A stretch of 32,000 bases of DNA from Candidatus Atelocyanobacterium thalassa isolate ALOHA (lineage in GTDB: Bacteria; Cyanobacteriota; Cyanobacteriia; Cyanobacteriales; Microcystaceae). The position numbers and the translations under genes are program-made. This document shows, one piece after another, positions 1 to 10,969 of the stretch (position 1 is its first letter; every line of letters starts with the position of its first letter). The notes below the pieces were generated by a model, which saw only the letters and a list, made by a program, of their open reading frames with translations, made no database searches and was not told the origin of the DNA. The stretch covers positions 1,320,001-1,352,000 of the forward strand of contig NC_013771.1 of the NCBI RefSeq assembly GCF_000025125.1, read 5' to 3'.

Positions 1-15
1 AAAGTTAGAAGTTTT

Positions 16-798
16 TTACAACAAAGTTCTCTGTCTTTTGGCTTCATATAAAATCAAAGCTCCAGTAACCGCTACATTTAGTGATTCTATATTTTGTTCT
101 AATGGAATTTTAACCGTCTCATCTGCCATGTTAACTAACTGTTCCGACAATCCAGAACCTTCATTGCCCAATAGAATTATTGTGGGTCTCGTCAAATCTA
201 AGTCCCAATAATTCTTCTTTGCATTTGGCAAAGTTGCAACTACATTAACACCTTGATTTTTATAATTCATCACTATATCTTTCAGATTAGATGTGATTAC
301 TAAAGGGGCTTTAAACCAAGCACCAGCAGACGCTCTTATGACTTTTGAATTATCAATATTTACACTATCGCTACTGAGCCAAATACCGTCAATATTTGTA
401 GCGACAGCTGTACGAATAATAGTTCCTAGATTTCCTGGATCTTGTAACCTTTCTAAAATCAAACCTAATTTGATATCAGTTTTAGCCTTATCGAAAGGTC
501 TAGACAATGCTGTGACTATTACTCCGTCAGGATTTACGGTGGTTGTAATACTCTTCAAAACTTCTGGTGAAACAGTTTCATATCGTTTTGTAAGTCTAGA
601 AGCTATCTCCCATAATTTAAAATTTTCTATTTTCCACTTTTCAGTGAATAGCAAAGTAAGTAGGGAACAATTCTCTTCACAGGCTGTCATAAGCAAATGA
701 GTTCCCTCGAAAAAAAATATTCCTTTTTCTCTTCGTTTCTTTACATTACGTAGTTCACGAATTTGCTTAATCAAGGGATTTTTAGTACTTGTAATCAT
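16..798 (-). CDS. TrmH/SpoU-family RNA 2'-O-ribose methyltransferase (RlmB-like)
   Basis: Full 260-aa ORF (ATG at 798, TAA at 16-18). The N-terminal substrate-binding-like region (KNPLIKQIRELR...FFFEGTHLL) and C-terminal SpoU motifs (LERLQDPGNLGTIIRTA, ILLGNEGSGLS, ESLNVAVTGALILYE) are typical of the family. Confidence 0.8.
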   Translation of the reverse strand: MITSTKNPLIKQIRELRNVKKRREKGIFFFEGTHLLMTACEENCSLLTLLFTEKWKIENFKLWEIASRLTKRYETVSPEVLKSITTTVNPDGVIVTALSRPFDKAKTDIKLGLILERLQDPGNLGTIIRTAVATNIDGIWLSSDSVNIDNSKVIRASAGAWFKAPLVITSNLKDIVMNYKNQGVNVVATLPNAKKNYWDLDLTRPTIILLGNEGSGLSEQLVNMADETVKIPLEQNIESLNVAVTGALILYEAKRQRTLL

Positions 799-1128
799 TA
801 AAGATACGAAAAATATTGGTTTAACTTAATACTAGATTGGTATTTAAACATAAAAATTAAACAGGTGCTAAAAAAATTAATCTAGTTATCTATTAATTTC
901 ATTGGTCTTATGTAGTAAAGCTTATTATTTAATTAATATCTTTAATTAATTGAATAATGATTCTAGTTTTACTTTTCTATTTAAAAGCTAAGTTCAATCT
1001 ATAGGAATATCAACTTTTCAGGGTTTTTGAACCAATGAAATTATACTAAAAATAATTTTAGAGTCAATTCTAATTCTTCTCATAGTATAAAAAAATAATT
1101 ATACAGCTTCATTGCGTATCGAAATCTT

Positions 1129-2460
1129 ATGACATCCTATATAGAAAAGAAACAATCAGTTTTAGAAATTCAAGGTCAAAATTCTTTGAATGGACAAGTT
1201 CGTGTAAGTGGTGCCAAAAATTCAGCTTTAGTTTTAATGGCTGGGTCAATTCTTTGTTTTGAAGATTGTCGTCTTAGTAATATTCCTGCTTTGGCTGATA
1301 TTGATCGCATGTCTCAAATTCTTACAGCCATTGGAGTAAAACTTAAAAAAAATGGAGACAGTATAGAAATAAATGCCCAAAATATAGGGCAAAATAAAGC
1401 TCCTTATGAATTAGTATCACAACTTCGAGCTAGTTTTTTCGTAATTGGTCCTTTATTGGCAAGGTTAGGGAAGACTCGTGTTCCCTTGCCAGGTGGCTGT
1501 GCTATAGGTGCTAGACCAGTAGATCTTCATGTAAGAGGATTACAAGCTATGGGGGCAGATGTTCAAATCGAACATGGAGTAGTTCATGCTTGTATTAAAA
1601 ATAATCACAAGAAACTACAAGGAGCTAAGATCTATTTAGATTATCCTAGTGTTGGTGCTACAGAGACAATTATGATGGCTGCAACTTTAGCAGAAGGAGA
1701 AACTACAATTGAGAACTGCGCACAAGAGCCTGAGATTGTCGACTTAGCAAACTTTTGCCGTTCTATGGGCGCAAAAATAAAAGGTGATGGGACTAAACGA
1801 ATTACCATATCAGGAGTAGATTACCTTCATAGCACTGAATATTGTGTAATTCCTGATCGTATTGAGGCAGGAACATTACTTATAGCAGGTGCAATTACTC
1901 AATCTGAGATTAGTTTAAAGCCTGTTTTTCCTGAACATTTAGCTTCTATCATTGCTAAGTTAAAAGAAGTTGGTCCTAGAGTCATTGTTGAAGGAACAGA
2001 TTCCGTAACATTAATTCCTCATCCTTTAAAAGCTACTAATTTCAAAACTCTTCCTTTCCCAGGTTTTCCTACAGATATGCAAGCTCAATTCATGGCTTTG
2101 CTTTCTGTTAGTAAGGGTAGTAGCGTAATCACAGAGACCGTTTTCGAGAATCGTTTACGTCACATAGCAGAGTTACAACGAATGGGGGCAAATATTCGAG
2201 TTGAAGGTAATATTGCCGTGGTACAAGGGGTACCTTTTTTATCTGGCGCTCCTGTTATGGCTACTGATTTAAGAGCTTCTGCAGCTCTTGTTCTAGCTGG
2301 GTTAGCTGCTCATGGGAAAACAACTATACAAGGTTTACATCATCTTGATCGTGGGTACGATAATCTAGAGGGTAAATTACGTAAATTAGGAGCAAATTTA
2401 CGTAGAATCGATATTTCTTGTAATGAAGAAAGCTCAGTGGAACGCTCTATTCAAATTTAA
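1129..2460 (+). CDS. murA: UDP-N-acetylglucosamine 1-carboxyvinyltransferase
   Basis: 443-aa ORF with the MurA hallmarks SGAKNSAL, the active-site loop [14 protein letters not shown], and LDRGY...KL..LGA at the C-terminus. Confidence 0.95.
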   Translation: MTSYIEKKQSVLEIQGQNSLNGQVRVSGAKNSALVLMAGSILCFEDCRLSNIPALADIDRMSQILTAIGVKLKKNGDSIEINAQNIGQNKAPYELVSQLRASFFVIGPLLARLGKTRVPLPGGCAIGARPVDLHVRGLQAMGADVQIEHGVVHACIKNNHKKLQGAKIYLDYPSVGATETIMMAATLAEGETTIENCAQEPEIVDLANFCRSMGAKIKGDGTKRITISGVDYLHSTEYCVIPDRIEAGTLLIAGAITQSEISLKPVFPEHLASIIAKLKEVGPRVIVEGTDSVTLIPHPLKATNFKTLPFPGFPTDMQAQFMALLSVSKGSSVITETVFENRLRHIAELQRMGANIRVEGNIAVVQGVPFLSGAPVMATDLRASAALVLAGLAAHGKTTIQGLHHLDRGYDNLEGKLRKLGANLRRIDISCNEESSVERSIQI

Positions 2461-2571
2461 AATTTATTTTATTGAATCACTAATAATTAGAACCTATATT
2501 GCATAGATTTTCGTTAATTATTATTTTGATGCTAAATTTCAACAACAAAGATCTATTTAATTAATTCACTA

Positions 2572-2600
2572 AATTGCTTACAACTTCAAAGTAAGCAATT
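2572..2600 (+). terminator. 10-bp stem hairpin about 110 nt downstream of murA; a possible terminator but it lacks a U-tract
   Basis: AATTGCTTAC (2572-2581) pairs perfectly with GTAAGCAATT (2591-2600) around a 9-nt loop. No T-run follows, so the terminator call is weak. Confidence 0.3.
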
Positions 2601-3033
2601 ATACTAATACAATTGATTGTTCCTAACTTAACAGTTAATGTTTATACTAAGATTAACTTTGAAAATGTTTAACTTGATTTAAGCTATATGTACATATACC
2701 AGGACATACAAAAAGGAACTGTTAATTGCATAAAGTTTAGATCTACAAAAGTAGAACCACTCAATTTTAAAATACACATTCACTTGTGTATTGATTTAAT
2801 TATCTAAAATGTTAGAGTCATTAATAAGAAAAATTATTTGATTTAGGATAATTGATTTTTTAATTAATATTCGATTACTTTTTTATTCCCTGACTGGCCA
2901 TTTACAGATAATATAAGTAATACTAAAAAAGCTTAGTAGTAAATTTAGATTTTAGGAGATGGTAAATACCGCCCCATTTCCTACTCATCATAGTAATTCT
3001 GATGAGGTATTTAGCGGTTAATAGTAAAAATTA

Positions 3034-3282
3034 ATGAACCAAGAAATATTTGAAAAAGTAAAAGTTATTGTCATCGATAAACTTGAGGTAAAAGAAGAAC
3101 AAGTTACACTCGAGGCAAATTTTGCTAATGATTTAAGTGCTGATTCTTTAGATACAGTAGAACTAGTAATGGCTTTAGAAGATGAGTTCGATATCGAAAT
3201 TCCTGATGACGATGCCGAAAAGATCAGTACCGTAAAAGCAGCTGTTGACTATATAGAACAGGCTAAAGGTAAGGATCTATAA
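3034..3282 (+). CDS. acpP: acyl carrier protein
   Basis: 82-aa ORF with the canonical phosphopantetheine site motif [25 protein letters not shown]. Confidence 0.97.
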   Translation: MNQEIFEKVKVIVIDKLEVKEEQVTLEANFANDLSADSLDTVELVMALEDEFDIEIPDDDAEKISTVKAAVDYIEQAKGKDL

Positions 3283-3365
3283 ACTAAGCCTATTGAATTT
3301 AAATTCTTCTATCACCTCTCCTAGCTATGATATGAGCTAAATTAGATTTTTAATAATCGATAATC

Positions 3366-4625
3366 ATGACAAATTCACATTTAAAGAAAGTAGTAATAAC
3401 AGGATTAGGTGCAATTACTCCTATCGGCAATAATCTTAATGAATATTGGGATAGTTTAATGGCTGGACGTAGTGGGATCACCAAAATCAGTTACTTTGAT
3501 GCTCAGTATCATGTTTGTCGCATTGCAGGAGAGGTTAAAGATTTTAATCCTTATGATTATTTAGATCGTAAAGATGTAAAACGTATGGATCGTTTCTGTC
3601 AATTTGGAGTATCGGCTAGTCTACAAGCATTAGCTGATTCGCAATTGGTAATTAATGAAGCTAATGCTGATCAAATAGGAATTATTATTGGTACTGGGAT
3701 AGGTGGAGTAAAAGTTCTAGAAGATCAGCAGGAAATTTACTTAAAACGTGGTCCTAGTCGTTGCAGCCCTTTCACGATCCCTACAATGATTGGTAATATG
3801 GCTTCTGGACTCACAGCTATTTATACAGGGGCCAAAGGCCCTAATACTTGCACTGTAACAGCTTGTGCCGCTGGTTCTCATGCTATTGGTGATTCTTTTC
3901 GGCTCATACAACAAGGTTACGCTAAAGCTATGATATGTGGTGGGGCAGAAGCAGCAATTACTCCTTTGTCATTAGCAGGATTTGGTTCGGCAAAAGCCTT
4001 ATCGACCAGGAATGATGACCCTGAGAAAGCTAGTCGCCCTTTTGATAAAGATCGAGATGGATTCGTTATGGGTGAAGGTTCAGGGATTTTAATTCTTGAA
4101 GAACTGGATCATGCCCTCAAAAGAAAAGCGAAAATTTATGGGGAAATTGTTGGTTACGGGATGACATGTGATGCTTATCACATGACTGCACCTTCACCAG
4201 ATGGCGATGGTGCATCTCGAGCTATCAGGCTTGCTTTGCAAGACGGAAATATTAATTCTAGACAAGTAGGATATATCAATGCTCATGGTACGAGTACTAC
4301 TGCAAATGATGTCATAGAAACAAAGGCAATTAAAAAAATATTTAACGACTATGCTTACGAAATTCCTATAAGTTCAACTAAATCAATGACAGGCCATTTG
4401 TTAGGAGGTTCAGGCGGAATTGAGGCAGTGGCGACAGTTATGGCCATCGCCGAACAAAAAATACCCCCTACAATTAATTTAGAGATCCCAGATGTTAAAT
4501 GTGATCTCGACTATGTTCCTAACAAAAGTCGTTCAATAAAACTAGATATTGCCTTATCCAATTCTTTTGGTTTTGGAGGACATAACGTTACATTGGCGTT
4601 TAAGAAATACAATAAAAACAAATAA
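3366..4625 (+). CDS. fabF: 3-oxoacyl-ACP synthase II
   Basis: 419-aa ORF directly after acpP. It has the KAS active-site Cys context (TVTACAAGSHAIGD), the His motifs (INAHGTSTTANDVIE; SSTKSMTGHLLGGSG) and a C-terminal NSFGFGGHN. Confidence 0.93.
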   Translation: MTNSHLKKVVITGLGAITPIGNNLNEYWDSLMAGRSGITKISYFDAQYHVCRIAGEVKDFNPYDYLDRKDVKRMDRFCQFGVSASLQALADSQLVINEANADQIGIIIGTGIGGVKVLEDQQEIYLKRGPSRCSPFTIPTMIGNMASGLTAIYTGAKGPNTCTVTACAAGSHAIGDSFRLIQQGYAKAMICGGAEAAITPLSLAGFGSAKALSTRNDDPEKASRPFDKDRDGFVMGEGSGILILEELDHALKRKAKIYGEIVGYGMTCDAYHMTAPSPDGDGASRAIRLALQDGNINSRQVGYINAHGTSTTANDVIETKAIKKIFNDYAYEIPISSTKSMTGHLLGGSGGIEAVATVMAIAEQKIPPTINLEIPDVKCDLDYVPNKSRSIKLDIALSNSFGFGGHNVTLAFKKYNKNK

Positions 4626-4673
4626 GCAATATTTGAGATAACTTAAAAAAATTCGTAATATTATTTAAAATTT

Positions 4674-5678
4674 ATGGAAATAACTTCTAATACTTTAGAA
4701 ATAGAGTTAAAATCTCTCCAGGAAGAGGCTTTAAAGGAAATAACCTCTACCATAAGTCTAAAAGATTTGGAGCAACTTAGAATCTTTTATTTAGGGAAAA
4801 AAGGAAAATTATCTCAAATATTGAGAGGAATGAGCAAACTAGATTCTTCAAAAAGACCTTATGTAGGCTCATTCGCAAACAAAGTTAAAAATGTTGTTCA
4901 AAAACAATTGGATGAGAAACTTCATGATTTAAGTTTTGCTGAGTTAAAAGCAAAAATACTTTCAGAAAGTTTGGATGTTACTATGCCTGGTGAAACAAAC
5001 TTGTTAGGCAATATTCACCCATTAAATAACACTAGAGATAAAATACTAGATATTTTCATTGGATTGGGTTATCAAGTTTCTACAGGACCTCATATCGAAA
5101 CAGATTACTATAATTTCGAAGCTTTAAATATACCTCCTGATCATCCAGCTCGAGATATGCAGGATACATTTTTTTTAACAAATGGCGACTTAATGAGAAC
5201 CCATACTTCACCTGTACAGATTCATTACATGGAGAAGAATGTTCCACCTATTCGAATAGTTGCTCCAGGTAGGGTATATCGTAGAGATACTGTAGATTCG
5301 ACTCATTCTGCAGTATTTCATCAGATAGAAATTTTGGCAGTTGATAAAGGATTAACATTTACAAATTTAAAAGGCACTGTTAAAGAATTTTTACGGCAGT
5401 TTTTTGGAGAAGAATTACCAATTAAATTTCGTGCCAGCTATTTTCCCTTTACTGAGCCTTCAATAGAAGTAGATGTTCAATGGAAAGGAAAATGGCTTGA
5501 AATTATGGGTTGTGGAATGGTAGATCCAAATGTCTTAGAAGCTGTGGGATATGACCCAGAAATTTATACTGGATTTGCAGCTGGGTTGGGAGTTGAAAGA
5601 TTTGCTATGGTACTACATAAAATTGACGATATTCGACGTCTTTACACTAATGATTTGCGTTTTCTAGAACAATTCTAA
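4674..5678 (+). CDS. pheS: phenylalanine--tRNA ligase alpha subunit
   Basis: 334-aa ORF with class II aaRS PheS motifs ([61 protein letters not shown]). Confidence 0.95.
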   Translation: MEITSNTLEIELKSLQEEALKEITSTISLKDLEQLRIFYLGKKGKLSQILRGMSKLDSSKRPYVGSFANKVKNVVQKQLDEKLHDLSFAELKAKILSESLDVTMPGETNLLGNIHPLNNTRDKILDIFIGLGYQVSTGPHIETDYYNFEALNIPPDHPARDMQDTFFLTNGDLMRTHTSPVQIHYMEKNVPPIRIVAPGRVYRRDTVDSTHSAVFHQIEILAVDKGLTFTNLKGTVKEFLRQFFGEELPIKFRASYFPFTEPSIEVDVQWKGKWLEIMGCGMVDPNVLEAVGYDPEIYTGFAAGLGVERFAMVLHKIDDIRRLYTNDLRFLEQF

Positions 5679-5730
5679 TTTTTAAGATATATTTTGAAAT
5701 ACTCAAATGCAAATTAATACATATTTCATT

Positions 5731-6099
5731 CTAGTCTTGAATATATTTTCTTCCCTGAGTCAAGGCTAATTCGGCTTTCGTGAATTCTCGACCAAGATAA
5801 GCAGCATGATCTAGTCTGGTGATGGGGCAATTATTATTTTCAATAATTTTTATACATAATTCTTTTGCACTACGTGCCGTGAAGATTTGATCAGCATTAC
5901 GAGTTACTTTATTTTTTACAGAAATAACTTCTCTACTTTCTGGATCAACAGCTAGTCCTTTATCATTAATGATATTGGTAAAATATTTAGCACAAATCAG
6001 ATCTTGACTACTATCGATATAAATTATGAAATATCCTCCTGGGTCAAGATTTATATAACGTTTAGAAAGTTTTTTATCGAGTTGTTCGACTGTTTTCAT
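5731..6099 (-). CDS. small conserved hypothetical protein, DUF4346-like (family name from memory, unverified)
   Basis: 122-aa ORF with non-low-complexity sequence. The LDPGGYFIIY motif near the N-terminus resembles the LDP motif I associate with DUF4346. It sits between convergent pheS and co-directional pyk. Confidence 0.55.
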   Translation of the reverse strand: MKTVEQLDKKLSKRYINLDPGGYFIIYIDSSQDLICAKYFTNIINDKGLAVDPESREVISVKNKVTRNADQIFTARSAKELCIKIIENNNCPITRLDHAAYLGREFTKAELALTQGRKYIQD

Positions 6100-6144
6100 T
6101 AAATTATTTTTATTTATAGTAATTTTTATAGTAAATATTCTACT

Positions 6145-7911
6145 CTAACAATATTTATCCTTAGTAATACCAGAATAGACTTGTCCTTTTTCAGTATCTA
6201 TGGTGATGATTATACCTTCGGAAATATTTTTAGTTGCATCTTTAAAGCCAAGAATAACTGGTACACCTAAACGAGTTCCAATTACTGCAGCATGGCTGTC
6301 TAGGCTTGATTCCTCTGTAATAACTCCTGATGCTTTTCTCATGATTTCTACAAATTGTGCATTTGTTTCAGGTACTACTAAAATATCTCCTGATTCAAAG
6401 TTATTTAAATCTTTAGCATAACTAGCAATTCTTGCTCTACCACTTGCTAAACCCTGCCCAACACCTATACCTTTACCTAGTATTGCTCTAATCGTCTCTA
6501 TCTTTATTAAGTCGGTTGATCCCGTTATCCCTTGAATACTTCCAGCTGTCATGACGACCAAATCTCCGTCTTTAAGTAAATTATTTTCTTGAGCTACATT
6601 AATTGCTGATTGGAAAGTCTGAGTAGCTGATGGTGAATCTAAAACTAATAAAGTTTCCAACCCCCAAACTAATTGTAATTGTCTTGCAACATCTATTCGA
6701 GGAGTTACAGCCAATATTGGAATATGAGGACGAAATTTAGAAATATTACGAGCAGTTAAGCCTGTTTTTGTTAAAGACATTATTGCAGCTGCGTTTAATT
6801 GTTCGGCAATTTGACTAACTGCTGCCGAAATTGCATTAGTAATAGATTGTTTTCTCTGAGAGGAAATTTTTATGGTTGTAGGCTCTTTTTCTATACGTTC
6901 GGCAATAGTCGCCATAGTTTTGACAGCCTGAACAGGATATTTTCCTACAGCTGTTTCATTTGATAACATGACTGCATCAGTACCATCTAAAATTGCATTG
7001 GCTACATCAGACACTTCTGCACGAGTAGGACGAGGATTATTAACCATGCTATCTAACATCTGAGTAGCAGTAATTACGGGGATTCCTAAATTGTTTGCAG
7101 TGGCAATTAAGCGTTTTTGTAAAATAGGAACATCTTCTGGTGGTAACTCAACGCCTAAGTCCCCTCTGGCAACCATTACACCATCACATAAATTGAGAAT
7201 TTGTTCCATATTGTCAATAGCTTCGTGTTTTTCAATTTTTGCAATTATCGGAATATTTTTTCCTGCATTAGTTATAATTTCTTTCACTTCTAAAATATCT
7301 TGCGAACTTCTTACAAAACTTAATGCGACCCAATCTACTTGATTTTCCAAACCAAAGATCAGATCTTTTTTATCTTTAGTTGTTAACGCTTTTACGGATA
7401 AGGAAATTCCCGGAAAATTAACACCTTTATTATTAGACAAAATCCCGCCAATAACTACTCTGCAATATAAATTTTGATTATCAATATCAACTTTCTCAAC
7501 TAGCATTTCGACTTTGCCATCATCCATTAAAATTCTTGCCTGTTCTGGAACCTCTTTTATTAAATTTTTATATGTAACGTAACTAATTTCTTTATTACAT
7601 TCTACTTCTCTGCTTGTAAGAATAAAAGAATCACCAGCTTCGAGAGTTATGGAATTGTTTTTAAATAATCCAAGACGAATTTTAGGTCCTTGTAAATCTT
7701 GAAGAATAGCTACAGGTTGATGTAATTCAAAAGCAATTTGTCGGATAAGCTTAATACTTTGTGCATGACATTCATGATCACCATGGGAAAAATTAAGACG
7801 AAAGGTAGTTGCGCCAGCCAAAATTAATTTGCGTAGAATTTCTTTGTCTTGAGTAGCAGGACCAATAGTTGCCACTATCTTAGTTCGACGAGGCATAGAA
7901 TAAGATCGCAT
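6145..7911 (-). CDS. pyk: pyruvate kinase with C-terminal PEP-utilizer mobile domain
   Basis: 588-aa ORF with the PK core (RRTKIVATIGPA, FRLNFSHG, MVARGDLGVE, ATQMLDSM, SNETA.GKYP). It carries an extra ~100-aa C-terminal domain (GIGVGQGLASGRARI...GGITEESSLDSHAAVIGTRLGVPVI-like) as in Bacillus/cyanobacterial PKs. The start could instead be the second Met (MPRRTK, 7896). Confidence 0.93.
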   Translation of the reverse strand: MRSYSMPRRTKIVATIGPATQDKEILRKLILAGATTFRLNFSHGDHECHAQSIKLIRQIAFELHQPVAILQDLQGPKIRLGLFKNNSITLEAGDSFILTSREVECNKEISYVTYKNLIKEVPEQARILMDDGKVEMLVEKVDIDNQNLYCRVVIGGILSNNKGVNFPGISLSVKALTTKDKKDLIFGLENQVDWVALSFVRSSQDILEVKEIITNAGKNIPIIAKIEKHEAIDNMEQILNLCDGVMVARGDLGVELPPEDVPILQKRLIATANNLGIPVITATQMLDSMVNNPRPTRAEVSDVANAILDGTDAVMLSNETAVGKYPVQAVKTMATIAERIEKEPTTIKISSQRKQSITNAISAAVSQIAEQLNAAAIMSLTKTGLTARNISKFRPHIPILAVTPRIDVARQLQLVWGLETLLVLDSPSATQTFQSAINVAQENNLLKDGDLVVMTAGSIQGITGSTDLIKIETIRAILGKGIGVGQGLASGRARIASYAKDLNNFESGDILVVPETNAQFVEIMRKASGVITEESSLDSHAAVIGTRLGVPVILGFKDATKNISEGIIITIDTEKGQVYSGITKDKYC

Positions 7912-8424
7912 GATAATTTTAATAAAATATAATAACTAATATTTGCATTGTATAAAAAGTCAACTTTGCTTTGGAATTGCATGAAAGACTATCGTCGTTT
8001 AAGTATTTTTCCTGCATTTTTGATTTTTATAACTTCAGAACTAGATAGTTAATAGATAATCATTACATTAATATGTAGTTATTATTTAGTTTTTAAATTA
8101 AATTTAAGAACGAATTTTGAAAACAAGATATATTTTGATAACTTTTAGTATCTATACGAAATTTATAAGTCATAACGATTAATATAATAAATAGAAAATA
8201 AAGATAACTGTACAATATGTGAAGTTTAAATTATAAATCAGTATCAATAAGCATCAAATTGTTTCAAGTAGGTAGGTATTTTCAAAATTGGACTGTGTAG
8301 AAATAAATTTACTGAAATCATTTTTTAATTAAATTCTTGAAGTCATATATAATAAGGTTGAGTTGAAGTTATTTTAAATAATAATCAACAATAAATTAAT
8401 ATCACTTGTTAACTTACAGGCTAC

Positions 8425-9354
8425 ATGAAAATACTAGTTACAGGCGGTGCTGGTTTTATTGGCTCCCACCTCATTGATCGCTTAATGGAAAAGGGACATG
8501 ATATTCTTTGCTTAGATAATTTTTATACTGGCAATAAAAATAATGTTTTGAAGTGGGTTGGAAATCCTCATTTCGAATTAATTCGTCATGACATAACCGA
8601 ACCTATTCGTTTAGAAGTTGATCAGATTTATCACTTAGCATGTCCTGCTTCTCCGATTCATTATCAACATAATCCTGTAAAAACTATTAAAACCAATGTT
8701 TTAGGAACATTGAATATGTTAGGTCTTGCTAAACGGGTTAGCGCACGTATTTTGCTTGCATCTACTTCTGAAGTATATGGTGATCCGGATATACATCCTC
8801 AACATGAAGAATATAATGGAAATGTAAACTGTACGGGCTTAAGAGCTTGTTATGACGAAGGCAAAAGAGTAGCGGAAACTTTAGCATTTGAGTACCATAG
8901 AGAACACCAAACAGATATTCGAGTAGCACGTATCTTTAATACATACGGACCTAGAATGTCAGAAAATGATGGTAGAGTTGTAAGCAATCTTATTGTACAA
9001 GCTTTACAAAATAAATTTTTAACCATTTATGGAGATGGAACTCAAACCCGAAGTTTTTGCTATATTTCTGATATGGCAGAAGGATTGATAAAGTTAATGA
9101 ATGGAAATTATATAGGTCCAATAAATCTAGGTAATCCTGATGAGTATACTATTCTAGAATTAGCTACGATAATTCATAAAATGACTAAATCAAATGCACA
9201 ATTAATTTATAAAGAATTACCTAAAGATGATCCTAAAAAGAGGCAACCTGATATTACTAAAGCTAAATTTCATCTTGATTGGCAACCACAATTTTCTTTA
9301 GAAAGAGGACTGGAATTAACAATCCAGCACTTTCAAGATCAATTATTTGAATAA
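8425..9354 (+). CDS. UDP-glucuronate decarboxylase (UDP-xylose synthase), SDR family
   Basis: 309-aa ORF with the Rossmann motif [12 protein letters not shown], the DNFYTG motif, the catalytic YDEGKR context, and [10 protein letters not shown], which is typical of UXS rather than the RmlB or GalE subfamilies. Confidence 0.85.
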   Translation: MKILVTGGAGFIGSHLIDRLMEKGHDILCLDNFYTGNKNNVLKWVGNPHFELIRHDITEPIRLEVDQIYHLACPASPIHYQHNPVKTIKTNVLGTLNMLGLAKRVSARILLASTSEVYGDPDIHPQHEEYNGNVNCTGLRACYDEGKRVAETLAFEYHREHQTDIRVARIFNTYGPRMSENDGRVVSNLIVQALQNKFLTIYGDGTQTRSFCYISDMAEGLIKLMNGNYIGPINLGNPDEYTILELATIIHKMTKSNAQLIYKELPKDDPKKRQPDITKAKFHLDWQPQFSLERGLELTIQHFQDQLFE

Positions 9355-9440
9355 TAATTAAGTTCATTTAGAAGAATTCTAAATATTTATAAAAACACAG
9401 TTGAATCTCAAACTTTAAACAAATTAAAAAAGATAAAATC

Positions 9441-10790
9441 ATGCGTGTTTGTGTTATTGGTACAGGTTATGTTGGATTAGTGACTGGGGTTTGCTTAGCT
9501 CATATTGGTCATCATGTTATTTGTGTTGATAATAATGAGGAAAAGATTAAGTTAATGAAGGCTGGTCAATCTCCTATTTATGAACCTGGACTTTCAGAAT
9601 TAATGCACTCTTCTATGAAAGAACAACGTTTAGAGTTCACATCAGATTTAGCGAAAGGTGTTCATCACGGAGAAATTCTTTTTACTGCAGTAGGTACTCC
9701 TGCTTTAACTAATGGAGAGAGCGATACTCGCTATGTTGAAGCTGTCGCGAGGGGTATTGGAGAAAATTTAAACTGTGGATATAAAGTCATAGTAAACAAA
9801 TCTACTGTACCAATTGGATCTGGAGATTGGGTAAGAATGATTGTTATGGAAGGTTTGGCTAAACAAAATAATCCTTCCATGAAAGTAGAATTTGATGTCG
9901 TTAGTAATCCTGAATTCTTAAGAGAAGGATCTGCAGTCTATGATACATTTAATCCTGATCGTATCGTTCTTGGGGGTAACAGCAAACAAGCTATTGATTT
10001 AATGAAAAATCTTTATAAACCTTTAATCGAAAGAAAGTTTTCTCAAGATAAAACTTTACCTTTTGTTTCTTTAGTGGTGACAGATTTAAATTCTGCAGAA
10101 ATGATAAAGTATGCTGCTAATGCATTTTTAGCAACTAAAATTAGCTTCATCAATGAAATTGCAAACATTTGTGATCGCGTAGGAGCAGACGTTTGCCAGG
10201 TTGCGCAGGGAATAGGGCTAGATTCTCGTATTGGTAGTAAATTTTTAAAAGCAGGGATTGGGTGGGGAGGCTCTTGCTTTCCAAAAGATGTTTCAGCTTT
10301 AATTCGTACTGCTAATGACTACAACTATGAAACACAACTACTAAATGCAGCTGTTAGGGTTAATAAAAAGCAAAGATTAATAGTTATAGAAAAGTTACAA
10401 CAAGAGTTAAAAATTCTTAAAGGTAAAACTATTGGTTTATTAGGATTGACTTTTAAAGCAGATACTGATGATATGAGAGATGCTCCTGCACTGATAATAA
10501 TTGAAGAACTTAATCGTTTAGGAGCTAAAGTTAAAGCATATGATCCAATAGTTTCTCAATCTGGTTTAAGTCATGGACTATCGGGAGTTATTATTGAAAC
10601 TGATGCTGAAATGCTTTCAGATAAATGTGATGCTCTAGTATTAGTGACAGATTGGCAAGAATTTCTTAATTTGGACTATGAAAAAATGGCCACAGTTATG
10701 ATCAACCCTGTTATTATTGATGGTCGTAATTTCTTAAAACGTGAAGAACTGCAAATGGCAGGTTTTCATTATGTAGGAATTGGTTGTTAA
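9441..10790 (+). CDS. ugd: UDP-glucose 6-dehydrogenase
   Basis: 449-aa ORF with the N-terminal GTGYVGLVTG Rossmann motif, NPEFLREG, the catalytic Cys context GWGGSCFPKD, and C-terminal FK..TDD.R.AP. Confidence 0.9.
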   Translation: MRVCVIGTGYVGLVTGVCLAHIGHHVICVDNNEEKIKLMKAGQSPIYEPGLSELMHSSMKEQRLEFTSDLAKGVHHGEILFTAVGTPALTNGESDTRYVEAVARGIGENLNCGYKVIVNKSTVPIGSGDWVRMIVMEGLAKQNNPSMKVEFDVVSNPEFLREGSAVYDTFNPDRIVLGGNSKQAIDLMKNLYKPLIERKFSQDKTLPFVSLVVTDLNSAEMIKYAANAFLATKISFINEIANICDRVGADVCQVAQGIGLDSRIGSKFLKAGIGWGGSCFPKDVSALIRTANDYNYETQLLNAAVRVNKKQRLIVIEKLQQELKILKGKTIGLLGLTFKADTDDMRDAPALIIIEELNRLGAKVKAYDPIVSQSGLSHGLSGVIIETDAEMLSDKCDALVLVTDWQEFLNLDYEKMATVMINPVIIDGRNFLKREELQMAGFHYVGIGC

Positions 10791-10969
10791 TCAATGATTT
10801 AGTCTCATTAAAATATGAGTTTTACTATTCTAGTTAATCAACTAATATATTATGATTCTGAATATTTTTTATTCAAATAATAAAAATTAGTATTGATATT
10901 TTATTTAATAGGTAAGATGTAAATAGCTAACACAGAGTTCAATTGATTATTTCTTATTAGGTTTAGTGT

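Noticed and set aside
293-700. 135-aa + strand ORF inside the TrmH-family gene. The same applies to the other antisense track ORFs inside strong genes: 6200-6421, 7091-7342, 12616-12801, 14738-14923, 15533-15724, 18727-18945, 23121-23369, 23385-23591, 25736-25966, 29028-29246.
   Set aside because: Each lies wholly within, and antisense or out of frame to, a gene with unmistakable family motifs. Their translations are low-complexity with no recognisable motifs. These are shadow ORFs.
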